NCBI GenBank assembly: GCA_050246315.1
Contig: JBFWWG010000010.1
Span: 64,001-128,000, forward strand
DNA from: Nitrospiraceae bacterium
GTDB taxonomy: Bacteria > Nitrospirota > Nitrospiria > Nitrospirales > Nitrospiraceae
Direction: 5' to 3'
Length of the DNA stretch: 64,000 bases
Of this stretch, positions 50,337 to 60,969 are shown piece after piece (position 1 is the stretch's first letter; each line of letters begins with the position of its first letter). A program made the translations under genes and the position numbers. The notes beneath the pieces are model-generated. The model did not search any database, was not told the origin of the DNA, and saw nothing but the letters and a program-made list of their open reading frames with translations.

Positions 50337-50362
50337 GAGGGTGTTGAAAAAGACCGCCGAGG

Positions 50363-51058
50363 TCATTCCCGTTCGAAGAGATCCTTGAGCACTTTCCGCG
50401 CCGCCGCTATCAGTTGCTGCCGATCCTCCTGATGCTGCGACAACAGCTCGCGCAACCGGTGGGCCTCCGCGCCATCCGGTTTCAGCCGGATGGCGCGGTC
50501 CAGCGCCGTGCGAGCCTCGTCCGCATCGCCTTGCACCATGCGCAGCAAGCCTAGATCGGCGTAGGCCTCCGCGTCGTCCGGCCGAAGCTGGACTGCCGTT
50601 TCCATGGCTCGCGCGGCGTCCGGCCATCGGCCGACTCCCATCCATGCCCGTCCCAGCCAATAGTAGACCTCTCCGTCATTCCGGTGCAGACGGACCGCCG
50701 CTTCCAACGCCTCCGCTGCCCCGACATAGTCGTGGTAATCCAGAAGCACCTGCCCAAGCCCGCGGTAGGCTTCGCCAAATTCCGGATCGAGCCCGATGGC
50801 GGCGCGATATTCCTCCGCCGCCCCGTTCATGTCGCCGCGGCGCGCCAATTCCTCGGCCAGCCGATACCGAGTCTGCGCATCGGTTCCGCTGAACGCGGGG
50901 GACGCGCGAAGCAGGTCGCGGGTTCGGCGGAATTCCGCCTCCAGGTCGGCCTCCGTCGGACCTTCGAGAACCGCCGCAGTCCTCTTGGAAACCTCGGCAA
51001 GAGACGTGCTGGAGAACAGGAAGACCACGGACAAGAGGGTGGATAAAGAGAGACCCAA
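50363..51058 (-). CDS. Exported TPR protein
   Basis: Signal peptide; repeated A-Y-x-x-L-G TPR units. Confidence 0.88.
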   Translation of the reverse strand: MGLSLSTLLSVVFLFSSTSLAEVSKRTAAVLEGPTEADLEAEFRRTRDLLRASPAFSGTDAQTRYRLAEELARRGDMNGAAEEYRAAIGLDPEFGEAYRGLGQVLLDYHDYVGAAEALEAAVRLHRNDGEVYYWLGRAWMGVGRWPDAARAMETAVQLRPDDAEAYADLGLLRMVQGDADEARTALDRAIRLKPDGAEAHRLRELLSQHQEDRQQLIAAARKVLKDLFERE

Positions 51059-51070
51059 AACAATCTACCG

Positions 51071-52021
51071 TTAGGCGATTGGGATGCGGGACTTGTGCTG
51101 TTCCAACCATTGATCAAACGTCCGGAGCGACGGATTCAAGGCTCGCGAGACTTCCAGGCTGCGGGCGCTGCGGAAGACGTCGTTGAAATCATGCTTGAAC
51201 TGGAACATGTTGCCGATATCGTCGGCGCCGGGGAACCCGAAGGACCGGTAGACGTCAAAGGGCACCGACTGATAGATCACCGGCTGGCCCAGCGCTCGGC
51301 TCAATGAGGCGGCCATCTGAGCGCCGGTGAGATGCTCGCCGGCGATGCCGACGGTCTTGCCGATGGACTCCCGGCCTTTCCGATACAGACCCATCGCGCA
51401 TTTGCCGATATCCTCGGCGGCAATGCCGGGCAGCTTCTTCTCGCCCATCGGCAGCGTGAACACGAGCTTGCCGTCCGGTCCTTTCTTCGGCCCCATGCCA
51501 AAATAGATCAGGTTGTCCCAATAAAATGAGGTCAGCAGAAACGTCGTCGGCACGTCGAGCTTCGTAAATTCACCATCGGCCTCTCCCTTGGCGTCGAAGT
51601 GCGGCACCTTGTACTTCCCCATCAGCGTCGGCATCCGGTTGTCGCCCAACGGCACCCACCGGCGCGTGTCTTCCAAAGTGGACCAGATGACATGTTGAAG
51701 GCCGGCTTGTTTCGCCGCCTTCGCCAGGCTCGCTGCCTCGGCATATTCCTTCTCCGGCGACATATGCGCCCAGAAGAAGGTGACGCAAAAGGCCCCGTAG
51801 GCGCCTCGGAAGGCTCGTTGGATGCTGTCCGGATCATGCACATCGGCCTGAACGACCTCGGCCCCCATTCGAGCGAGCTCCTTGGCCTTTTCTCCATTGA
51901 CGTCCCGCGTGAGGGCGCGAACCGTGAAGCCGCTTTTCGGCTCGCTCATGATCGCGCGGACCAGTCCGCCGCCTTGAGCACCAGTCGCCCCGACAACCGC
52001 AATGATTTTTCTCTCTGTCAT
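51071..52021 (-). CDS. NmrA/HSCARG family protein
   Basis: GATGAQGG, VPHFDAK. Confidence 0.93.
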   Translation of the reverse strand: MTERKIIAVVGATGAQGGGLVRAIMSEPKSGFTVRALTRDVNGEKAKELARMGAEVVQADVHDPDSIQRAFRGAYGAFCVTFFWAHMSPEKEYAEAASLAKAAKQAGLQHVIWSTLEDTRRWVPLGDNRMPTLMGKYKVPHFDAKGEADGEFTKLDVPTTFLLTSFYWDNLIYFGMGPKKGPDGKLVFTLPMGEKKLPGIAAEDIGKCAMGLYRKGRESIGKTVGIAGEHLTGAQMAASLSRALGQPVIYQSVPFDVYRSFGFPGADDIGNMFQFKHDFNDVFRSARSLEVSRALNPSLRTFDQWLEQHKSRIPIA

Positions 52022-52256
52022 GTTCATTCCTTTCCGTGACAATGGCTGGCAGGACGTGGCACGCGTCTGCCATCCTGGCATCCGCCCGGCGGAAGATCGC
52101 CACGTTCAGAAACTCGATATCTTGATAGGTTTGCCGACACGTCTCCCTGTCATACTGCCGATGCCTCGACTCACACGACCGATGGGTGATGATTGTGTCA
52201 CGCAGGCGTATCGGCTGCAAGGCGAGTCAGTCGGGAAGATGGCGCCTGAACGCCCG

Positions 52257-53063
52257 TCATCTCGCTTTCCGGCCGCTCGCCGCCACCGTGGCGTAGTAGA
52301 TGGCCCAGGTCTCCGGATCATCCGCAAATCGGCCGTACCGATCGAGATCCGATTCGGTGACGACGCCGGTCGCCAGATATTTTTCCCGCAGTTGCACCGC
52401 GGACAATTTCATGATCGTCGCCATACCGGACCCGCCGGCGGACAACGGCGCATCGTGCTCCACCGTCAAGGATTGTAGTCCGCGACGCTGCACCAGCGAT
52501 GGCAGTTTCACCCCCAGCATGAAATCCATCCCGAGGCCGTTGTACATCCGCTCGATCGCCTGGTTGACCTTTTCTACGGAGCGCAATGCGTCTTCCGTTC
52601 CCGTAATTCCGCGCGACGCCGAGAAGTCCGGCTCCTCAAGGACAATCCAGCCGCCCGGTTTCAGGCAATCCACCATTCGACCGAAGACGGTTTCGTAGTC
52701 CGGCAGATGGATCAACACATAGCGCGCATGAACCAAGTCGAACGACTCCTGCGGCAGGGCAGCCGTGCGAATATCGTCCTGCCGAATCTCCACGTTCGCG
52801 CCATGCTGATCCGCCAGAAACTTGGTCGAGAGATCCACGGCTACGACCTGTCCTGTCGGACCGACCACCTGACTCATCCAGGTCATGATCGACCCGGCTC
52901 CGGGACCGACTTCCAAACAACGCCAGCCGGCGCTCAGCCCCGTGTCCGAGAGCCGCCGTCGGCTCGCCGGATCAATCACCTGCTCGATGACGCGGAGTCG
53001 CTCCAGCTCCCTCTGATCCTTCGCCTGTAGAAAGACGTACTCCGATCGTCCTCTGCTCATCAT
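52257..53063 (-). CDS. Class I SAM-dependent methyltransferase
   Basis: LEVGPGAG, FDLVHAR, LKPGG. Confidence 0.92.
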   Translation of the reverse strand: MMSRGRSEYVFLQAKDQRELERLRVIEQVIDPASRRRLSDTGLSAGWRCLEVGPGAGSIMTWMSQVVGPTGQVVAVDLSTKFLADQHGANVEIRQDDIRTAALPQESFDLVHARYVLIHLPDYETVFGRMVDCLKPGGWIVLEEPDFSASRGITGTEDALRSVEKVNQAIERMYNGLGMDFMLGVKLPSLVQRRGLQSLTVEHDAPLSAGGSGMATIMKLSAVQLREKYLATGVVTESDLDRYGRFADDPETWAIYYATVAASGRKAR

Positions 53064-53868
53064 CCTCCGTTCTCCTCCATCCGGACAACACGCAACGTTG
53101 GGCGATCAAAGGGGCAAAGCTGGATAAATCGTCGGATACCGGCTTCATCACCGCCTCTGCCAGTCGCGCATCCTCGAAACATTCGTAGACATCGTCGAGA
53201 AAGCCACCGCGCAGCAATGGATGATGGAGGAACGCTGGACCCGAGCCGGTGGGGACTTCAAGCGGCCACTCGGCCACAGTGATGCGTTCAAGCTTCGCCG
53301 CCTCCAGCCACTTCCGCCCCTCCTGTGCGGAGGGTCGCTCCGCGACATAGTCCGCCAGCCGTTGCCGCTCGGCCTTCAATCCCCTCTCGGTCATTTCCCG
53401 ATCGATCCGGCGCCAGAGTGAATCGAACGTGCCGAGCGAGGGAAAGGTCAACACCAGTTGGCCACCCGGCTTGAGATGGGAAACCAGACCGGAGACGACC
53501 GCAGGGCGGTCCGGACGAAAGAACATCACCGAGAGGTTGCCGGTAATGCGATCGAATGCGGGCAGGTCTCTGGGCAAGGCTCGCATATCCAGACACTCGA
53601 AGCGGAGCCAGGGCAGATGCGACCGTTGAATTGCCCGTGCGCCCGCGACTTGCCGCTCGCTCAAATCGATGCCGAGAACGGCTCCCGTCGGACCGACCTG
53701 CTCGGCCACATGGAAGGCCGGAATTCCATCACCGGAGGCAATGTCGAGGACCGTCGCGCCAGGGAAGAGATCCAGATGGTAGAGCAACAGCTCGGCGAAT
53801 GGAGTGGACCAGTAGTCGTCGGGCGGAAGCGCCCATCGTGATCCGACATCATGCACCGGCTTGCGCAT
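52972..53868 (-). CDS. Class I SAM-dependent methyltransferase
   Basis: LDIASGDG, GIDLS, LKPGG; tail overlaps the next gene. Confidence 0.88.
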   Translation of the reverse strand: MRKPVHDVGSRWALPPDDYWSTPFAELLLYHLDLFPGATVLDIASGDGIPAFHVAEQVGPTGAVLGIDLSERQVAGARAIQRSHLPWLRFECLDMRALPRDLPAFDRITGNLSVMFFRPDRPAVVSGLVSHLKPGGQLVLTFPSLGTFDSLWRRIDREMTERGLKAERQRLADYVAERPSAQEGRKWLEAAKLERITVAEWPLEVPTGSGPAFLHHPLLRGGFLDDVYECFEDARLAEAVMKPVSDDLSSFAPLIAQRCVLSGWRRTEDDEQRTIGVRLSTGEGSEGAGATPRHRAGD

Positions 53869-53991
53869 GGTTCGACTTCCCTTCAGAAGGACTTAGCCTG
53901 CATTATTCACGAGGATTCGTGACGAAACCGCCAAGACGCCACGCGAGACGGGCACGCGGAGCCGTGAGAACCCGAGCACCTGTCTTGATTG

Positions 53992-54941
<950 letters not shown>

Positions 54942-54954
54942 CGCCGCCTCCTTG

Positions 54955-55104
54955 GTGAAGCCCGTCCTTGTCCTGATGCGGGCTCGATGGCCCAGGCAAC
55001 TGTTCGGGCTTGTGGTAGGAGGAACGTGACGACCCGGCTCGGCCACGGTCTCTGCGGACCGGAGGCATATCGATCTATCACGTTCCGTGGGTCTCATGTA
55101 TCAC
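54955..55104 (-). ncRNA. Predicted IS110 bridge RNA
   Basis: Two stem-loops with internal loops: GGAACGTGA/TCACGTTCC (55086-55021) and AAGCCCG/CGGGCTT (55011-54958); loop sequences match target and donor. Confidence 0.85.
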
Positions 55105-55367
55105 ACTTTCAAGATACAAGGCATACGTGAAACAGCATGTTGACCGACCGAGCAGCGAGCCCTCCCGCCTGGCCGTGTGAAAACCACGGCCAGGCTTGTC
55201 GTAGCGGCGAATGCACGGTTGCAGTAGAAGTCATCGTGAATAATGCGGATTAGGAGCATACCGCATCGTCGCGCGGACACCATGCGAACTGTTGAGCCGA
55301 CCTGTTGGGATGGAACGATGAATGAACCTTCCGTTGATTTCTTCATCCGAGCCAACGAGCGCGTTTC

Positions 55368-55431
55368 TTCGTATCTGATCCGATACGAGGCCGTATCGGA
55401 TCAGATACGAACGTGTATTGCATCCGATACG
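55368..55431. promoter_or_regulatory. Three tandem YGTATY-N6-GATACG sites; the first two form a perfect 20-bp inverted repeat
   Basis: CGTATCtgatccGATACG (55370), CGTATCggatcaGATACG (55392), TGTATTgcatccGATACG (55414). Confidence 0.65.
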
Positions 55432-55561
55432 GTTACGCATTGCAGAGGTGTGCCGAGGTGTACTCACTCCCCTTCACACGGTTTCCCAAGTCTCGACAAA
55501 TCAGTCAGTTCCATATGTATGCATTTCGCGATTTCTGATTGCCATATTAGAGGATCGACAA

Positions 55562-55577
55562 TGGCAAGATGCTTGCT
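55562..55577 (+). promoter_or_regulatory. sigma54 (-24/-12) promoter of the protease operon
   Basis: TGGCAAGATGCTTGCT, GG-N10-GC. Confidence 0.65.
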
Positions 55578-55830
55578 CACTCCAGCAGCACGCGCATCTC
55601 ACTCACTGGTGCACCGATGGCTCGCAGATGATCTGGTGTGTCCCATCTCGTATTTGTCACATCGCTCAGATACGCATGCTCCTTCACCCTTCGCTAAATA
55701 CGGTGGGAGAGGAAGAATCGGTGATGTGTTCTCGATCACGGTGCCCACCATTGCGCCTGATGTTGCGAGAACAAGCCGGCAAGAGCGCCAAGTTGCGACG
55801 TAGCCGAATCACGAGAAGGAGGTGGTGATA

Positions 55831-56103
55831 GTGCAAGTGATCATTCAGGTTTCCACGGATGTGGCGCTTAAACTTCACCAACGCGCGCCGCCTGCTTCAG
55901 AAACAGAGTCGCTCCTGCGGGTGATCGTGGCATTGGGTCTCACCCTGCAACCAATGCACCCTCATACGAATGATCCTAATCTCCAGCGCTATTTCATTGT
56001 GGAGGTGCTGGACCATGCAACCGCCCAGCAAGTGATGGACCGTCTCAGGCAAGTGCAAGCGGTCGAAGCGGCATATGTTAAGCCGCAAGATGAGTCCCCT
56101 TAA
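55831..56103 (+). CDS. Free-standing subtilisin propeptide-like (inhibitor I9-like) protein
   Basis: AAGGAGGT RBS; LTLQPM...YFIVEV...VEAAYVKP aligns with the prodomain of the next gene. Confidence 0.8.
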   Translation: MQVIIQVSTDVALKLHQRAPPASETESLLRVIVALGLTLQPMHPHTNDPNLQRYFIVEVLDHATAQQVMDRLRQVQAVEAAYVKPQDESP

Positions 56104-56136
56104 CGAGTAGTCGATTAATCAAAAGGAGTGCTGACT

Positions 56137-57948
56137 ATGGCTAAGTCCCCAAGGACAGGAAATCCCGTATCAGCCGGGACTTCACCGCCCCCTGAAGACC
56201 TGATGGGAAAACGTGAACTCGTGATCGTGGGAAAGCGTGAACTCGGCCTGCATGCAAGTAGGGAGGCTGTGGCTTCCGTTACCGGAGCGGATGTTAGTCG
56301 CCTAGCAGAATTACTGACATCCGAAGGAGTCACCTTGGAGCCGTTGTTTGGGATGAGCGAGGAGCGGCTTCAAGCCCAGGCCGCCGCGCTGGCCGCAGAA
56401 ACGGGAGCGGATGTACCCGATCTATCGGTTTACTACCATGTTGAAGCCCCCGATGACCGTCTCGATGCCCTCGCAGAGCGATTTCAGCGGCTAGAGGGGA
56501 TCGAGGCCGCATATGTGAAGCCGGCGGCGGAACCGGCGGAGTTTAGATTCAATGATATGGCTCCACAAACGGGAGAGCCGCCGACACACTCTCCTGATTT
56601 CACAGCACGTCAGGGTTATCTTGGCGCGAGTCCGGTGGGGATCGAAGCCCAGTATGCTTGGACCGTGCCTGGTGGACGTGGCCCTGGGGTCAATATCATC
56701 GACATTGAGTGGGGCTGGCGGTTTACCCACGAAGATTTGACCCAAAATCAAGGGGGCGTGGTCTCAGGAACCAACTCACCTGATGACAACCATGGAACTG
56801 CCGTACTCGGTGAATTCAGCGGCGACCGCAACGCATTCGGCATCACGGGTATCGCCCCGGACGCCCACGCAAGCGCGGTGTCCCTGGTTACGCACAGCAC
56901 AGCGCAAGCCATTCGCATTGCGGCTGACCGGTTGCGGCCGGGAGACATCATCCTGCTGGAAGTACACCGACCAGGCCCTCGGGCGCCGAGTGGGAGCGGC
57001 CAATTCGGTTTCATCGCTATCGAATGGTGGCCCGATGACTTCGATGCGATTCGCTACGCGGTGAGTAAGGGCATCATTGTCGTCGAGGCGGCTGGTAATG
57101 GCGGCCAAAACCTCGACGACCCCGTTTACAACACTCGTCCAGCTGGATTCCCTGCCACTTGGAGAAACCCTTTCAACCCGGCCAATCCCAGTTCCGGAGC
57201 CGTGGTCGCTGGAGCGGGCATGCCTCCTACTGGTACACATGGTAGGAATCGCCACCCCGGTTGGGGAGACGTTTACGCTGACCGGGGGCGCTGCTTCTTT
57301 TCCAACCATGGTGCGAGGGTTGACGCCCAGGGGTGGGGATGGGAGGTGACGACAACTGGTTATGGCGACCTTCAAGGAGGATCTAATCGGAACGAATGGT
57401 ACACTGATCAGTTCAGCGGCACCTCCAGCGCCTCACCTATCGTGGTGGGGACGTTGGCTTCTGTGCAAGGGGTCCTGCGAACCCATGGCAGAATTCCCCT
57501 GAGTCCTGCCAGAGCCATCGAATTACTGCGGGCTACCGGCTCACCTCAACAGGACGGTCCGGCATTTACTTTCATCCCCAACATGACGGGCACTGGATAT
57601 CCACAGAACCATCCGGTCCGTCCAAACACCCAGCGCATCGGCAATCGTCCCAACCTGCGACAACTGATCGCCCGCGCCTTGGATACAAGGATGTGGGTCG
57701 GCGTTCAGTTCACCGGCACGATCCCGGCTAATCAAACTCAGCGTTGGTTCACCTTCAACTGGCCAGCGCATTGGCACGTGGTGTGGACAGTTGTCCCAAC
57801 TAGCCCGCGACTTGGCGCACCACAAATTGAGTGGAAAGTGCAGGTCGAGCGTGCGTCCGATCCGTTCATCACTTACTGGATCAGTATTACAAACCTGACA
57901 CCGGTTCCGGTCACCATCGAAGCACGTTTCGCCGTGCTCGGCTGGTAG
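56137..57948 (+). CDS. S8 subtilisin-like serine protease with C-terminal Trp-rich beta domain
   Basis: IIDIE (Asp), NHGTAV (His), AAGNG, FSGTSSASP (Ser); no signal peptide evident. Confidence 0.93.
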   Translation: MAKSPRTGNPVSAGTSPPPEDLMGKRELVIVGKRELGLHASREAVASVTGADVSRLAELLTSEGVTLEPLFGMSEERLQAQAAALAAETGADVPDLSVYYHVEAPDDRLDALAERFQRLEGIEAAYVKPAAEPAEFRFNDMAPQTGEPPTHSPDFTARQGYLGASPVGIEAQYAWTVPGGRGPGVNIIDIEWGWRFTHEDLTQNQGGVVSGTNSPDDNHGTAVLGEFSGDRNAFGITGIAPDAHASAVSLVTHSTAQAIRIAADRLRPGDIILLEVHRPGPRAPSGSGQFGFIAIEWWPDDFDAIRYAVSKGIIVVEAAGNGGQNLDDPVYNTRPAGFPATWRNPFNPANPSSGAVVAGAGMPPTGTHGRNRHPGWGDVYADRGRCFFSNHGARVDAQGWGWEVTTTGYGDLQGGSNRNEWYTDQFSGTSSASPIVVGTLASVQGVLRTHGRIPLSPARAIELLRATGSPQQDGPAFTFIPNMTGTGYPQNHPVRPNTQRIGNRPNLRQLIARALDTRMWVGVQFTGTIPANQTQRWFTFNWPAHWHVVWTVVPTSPRLGAPQIEWKVQVERASDPFITYWISITNLTPVPVTIEARFAVLGW

Positions 57949-57985
57949 CGCAGCGTGCGATCAATCTTTTGAAAGGAGCACTGTC

Positions 57986-58240
57986 ATGAGAGTCGGAGTG
58001 CAATTTACGGGAACCATTCCAGCAGGAGCTACTAGCCGCTGGTTCACCCACAGCTGGCCGCAGGCATGGCATGTTGCGTGGTACGTCGTGCCCACCTCGC
58101 CGAGGGTCGGCGCACCGCAGATCGAATGGAGCACGGCGGTGGAGCGGGCTTCCAGCACCCATATCACATACTGGATCACGATTAAGAACCTCACCTCGAC
58201 ACCCGTCAATATCGAAGCCCGTTATGCCATATTCAATTGA
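57986..58240 (+). CDS. Free-standing copy of the S8 C-terminal domain
   Basis: VGVQFTGTIPA, RWFT, WP, VVPTSPR.GAPQIEW, VERAS, ITYWI, NLT, IEAR shared with the S8 tail. Confidence 0.9.
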   Translation: MRVGVQFTGTIPAGATSRWFTHSWPQAWHVAWYVVPTSPRVGAPQIEWSTAVERASSTHITYWITIKNLTSTPVNIEARYAIFN

Positions 58241-58252
58241 AAGGAGGCCTCG

Positions 58253-58537
58253 ATGCGCATCATTATTGAACCCGCCGAGCAAGGACGCACGGCAACTCCC
58301 TCATACGAGCCGACACACCCCGTCCATGTGGAAACAGTCGATGGCGGGGCTCCATCTCATACGCTTACACAAACCGTCGAGGAGACACTACCTCTACCAA
58401 TGGCAATGGAGAGAGAAGGAATGAGTGCTGGCTCCCCGCCTGAATGGTTGTTGAAAGCTATCCAGGGCTCAGCGCAACCTTCCACGGCGGGTTCGGGCAT
58501 GGACACCGATGCGGGGAGTGCACCCAACGAGCGATAG
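58253..58537 (+). CDS. 94-aa low-complexity protein with repeated motifs
   Basis: AAGGAGG RBS; DGGAP, SAGSPP, DAGSAP. Confidence 0.8.
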   Translation: MRIIIEPAEQGRTATPSYEPTHPVHVETVDGGAPSHTLTQTVEETLPLPMAMEREGMSAGSPPEWLLKAIQGSAQPSTAGSGMDTDAGSAPNER

Positions 58538-58806
58538 AGAGAGGGACGCATCGAGATAAGGATGGGAGGGCCATCTGCACCGCCAGGAAGACACGGCGAA
58601 TGGGGCCCCGTCATTCCGAATTGATCGGGTGAGGACGACCCGCTGCAGAAGCAGCACGTTCGGGCCTCCAGCGTCTGAGCCGTATGGAAGAGCAGTGAGC
58701 CAGCGTTTCATCCACGGGAGAGGATGGAGAACACACCGTGAAGAAACCAATTACGAAGAAAGCATCGATAATCAGGACACCTCCACAGAAGAAAGGAGCA
58801 AATGCC

Positions 58807-59859
58807 ATGAAGCTAGATGAGACGAAGATGGTGTTGTCGGAGTCGGCCAACGCGGAGGCAAAAAAAGCACAGAGGGCCGCCGAAACCGAGTTCCTGGACC
58901 CCGAGAGGGCTCGGGGCAATGTCGTTGGCATGGGAGTGGGCGTCAAGTGGAAAAATGGGCAGCCCACAGGAGAGCCCGCCCTTGTGGTACTGGTAACCCA
59001 GAAGTTGGAAAAGAGTCAGGTGAGAGCCGCTGACCTCGTGCCAGCCAAATTGGCAGAGATGCAAACCGATGTGCTCACCGTCGGATACCCCTTCGCTGGC
59101 GGCGGGAACGACTCGCTGGAGGTCGGTGCCCAGACGCTGGCTAAACGCATCCGACCGGCGGAAGGCGGCTACAGTGTGGGACATTTTAAGATCACGGCGG
59201 GGACGATCGCCACTTGTGTTTACGATATCTTGCCAGGAGGCTCCATCAGCCCACCAGCGCATGGGATTGGCGTCCCACACCACTACTACATTCTCAGCAA
59301 CAACCATGTTCTGGCGAACAGCAATGCGGCTTCTATTGGCGACCCCATCCTGCAGCCCGGCCCCTTCGACGGCGGCACATTCCCGGCGGATCTCATCGCC
59401 CGCCTAAGCCGGTTCATTCCCATCGACCTAACTCCTGCGGTCCCCCTCGCTCACCACAACAACCTGGTCGATGCCGCTGTGGCCGCAGGGGAGTTCCACG
59501 ATCTGGACAGGGAAATCTATTGGACCGGTTATGTCCGAGGTTGGCGACCGAAAGCACACGTGACGGTCGGGACGATTGTGCAAAAGACTGGGCGTACCAC
59601 GAACTACACAACCGGGCGCATCACAGCAATCAACGCCACTGTCGATGTCAACTATGGTGGTGGGAGGATCGGGCGGTTCAAAGACCAGATCGTGACGACT
59701 AACATCTCAGCTGGCGGTGACTCGGGGTCGTTGGTAACCACACTGGACGATGTGGCAGTGGGGTTACTATATGCGGGTTCTACGGCAGCAACCATCCTCA
59801 ACCAGATTGAAAACGTGCGCGCGCTGCTGCGGGTGGAGGTGGCAGAAACAATAGCGTGA
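58807..59859 (+). CDS. Trypsin-like (Nal1-like) serine protease
   Basis: SNNHVL (His), VDAA (Asp), GDSGS (Ser), KTGRTT; N-terminal NVVGMGVG domain. Confidence 0.9.
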   Translation: MKLDETKMVLSESANAEAKKAQRAAETEFLDPERARGNVVGMGVGVKWKNGQPTGEPALVVLVTQKLEKSQVRAADLVPAKLAEMQTDVLTVGYPFAGGGNDSLEVGAQTLAKRIRPAEGGYSVGHFKITAGTIATCVYDILPGGSISPPAHGIGVPHHYYILSNNHVLANSNAASIGDPILQPGPFDGGTFPADLIARLSRFIPIDLTPAVPLAHHNNLVDAAVAAGEFHDLDREIYWTGYVRGWRPKAHVTVGTIVQKTGRTTNYTTGRITAINATVDVNYGGGRIGRFKDQIVTTNISAGGDSGSLVTTLDDVAVGLLYAGSTAATILNQIENVRALLRVEVAETIA

Positions 59860-60432
59860 GAACTCGAGCAGACAGAGCGGTTGCCTAGGAGCCTGTCTGA
59901 CATTGCCGTTCGTGACGAGGCGAGGGAGGTGCGGTCAGATGCAAGGCCGCAGGCCCGGAAAAACCGGAGGCGTATTCGCTGGAATACGTTGAGGAGTTTT
60001 CCGGGCCGAGAACGACGCAGATGGTTGCACATCGTTCGCCGCAGTAGAAAGGTCAAGGTCAGGCAGACTCCTAGTAAATGAGGCGAGCTGCGGTACGTTC
60101 CGTGCCGGGGGAGATACAAGGTCGTGCAGGTGAGTGGCCTGCCTGAATGGACTCGGTCGGGCTGATGTTTGCCTGACAAGGCGGCATGGCATTGCACATC
60201 GCATGATCAGGACCCTGGCGGCCCTAGGAATGAGAGTGGTAGGATACAAGAGAGTTGATCGAGGCTTGGGGGACTGGCCTGATGCTGTCCTCCAAGCGTC
60301 GAATTCTTGTTGATGGAATCTACCATGGGATGTGCATGGGTTCGCGCAGCGTTCCTTACGCTCCTCGCCTCTCTCGGGCTGACAGAGGGAATTGCGTCGG
60401 AGGGAGGAGAGCCATCCAAGGAGGAAACCGCG

Positions 60433-60678
60433 ATGCCGGATCAGTCACAGGAAGTCGGCCGTCCCAAAGCCACGATCGAGGCCGTCCGAGCTCGCAACGA
60501 AGGTAGTCTGATGGCCATTGAAGGAGTTGTTGGAATTGGGATTGGCCGGACTGCCAGCGGGGACGACGCCGTAGTAATCTACCTGCGTGATGAATCGGTG
60601 CGCCAGCGTGTGCCTGCCGCGATAGAAGGATATCCCCTGGAAATCGTTGTCACTGGCGGGATTGACGCGCAGCGCTGA
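60433..60678 (+). CDS. Free-standing homolog of the trypsin-like protease N-terminal domain
   Basis: GVVGIGIG...AVVIYL...VPAAIEGYPLEIV; AAGGAGG RBS; an upstream start near 60325 would add a signal-like segment. Confidence 0.75.
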   Translation: MPDQSQEVGRPKATIEAVRARNEGSLMAIEGVVGIGIGRTASGDDAVVIYLRDESVRQRVPAAIEGYPLEIVVTGGIDAQR

Positions 60679-60969
60679 GCCGAAAACCCGGAGGCTCCTT
60701 GGCTTTTCACGGGTTGGAGGGTATGGTTTGCCGAAAATCCAGATCGCCAGCAACCGCTCAGGGATGGGTCTTGTGCGCGACGCTCGTTGAGATATCCAGT
60801 GCACACAGGCCCATCATTCCTCCGAACCAGAAAGAGGAAGTCAGAACTAGGCTAGGAGGTCGTCCTTCAATCTGCACAGCACAGTCGAGAAGCCTGATCG
60901 TTCGGACTCCTCAACGAGGTAACCCGCGGTTACTCTCACGACCATCCACCCGGTGGCTAATTCCAAAGA

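Noticed and set aside
56137..58537. Cyanobactin/RiPP cluster
   Set aside because: No YcaO, PatG-type or other modifying enzyme and no recognisable leader peptide; kept only as an analogy
60690..60740. c-di-GMP-I riboswitch (minus-strand GGCAAACC)
   Set aside because: No GNRA-capped P2 or GCAAAGC junction, and it lies downstream of convergent genes
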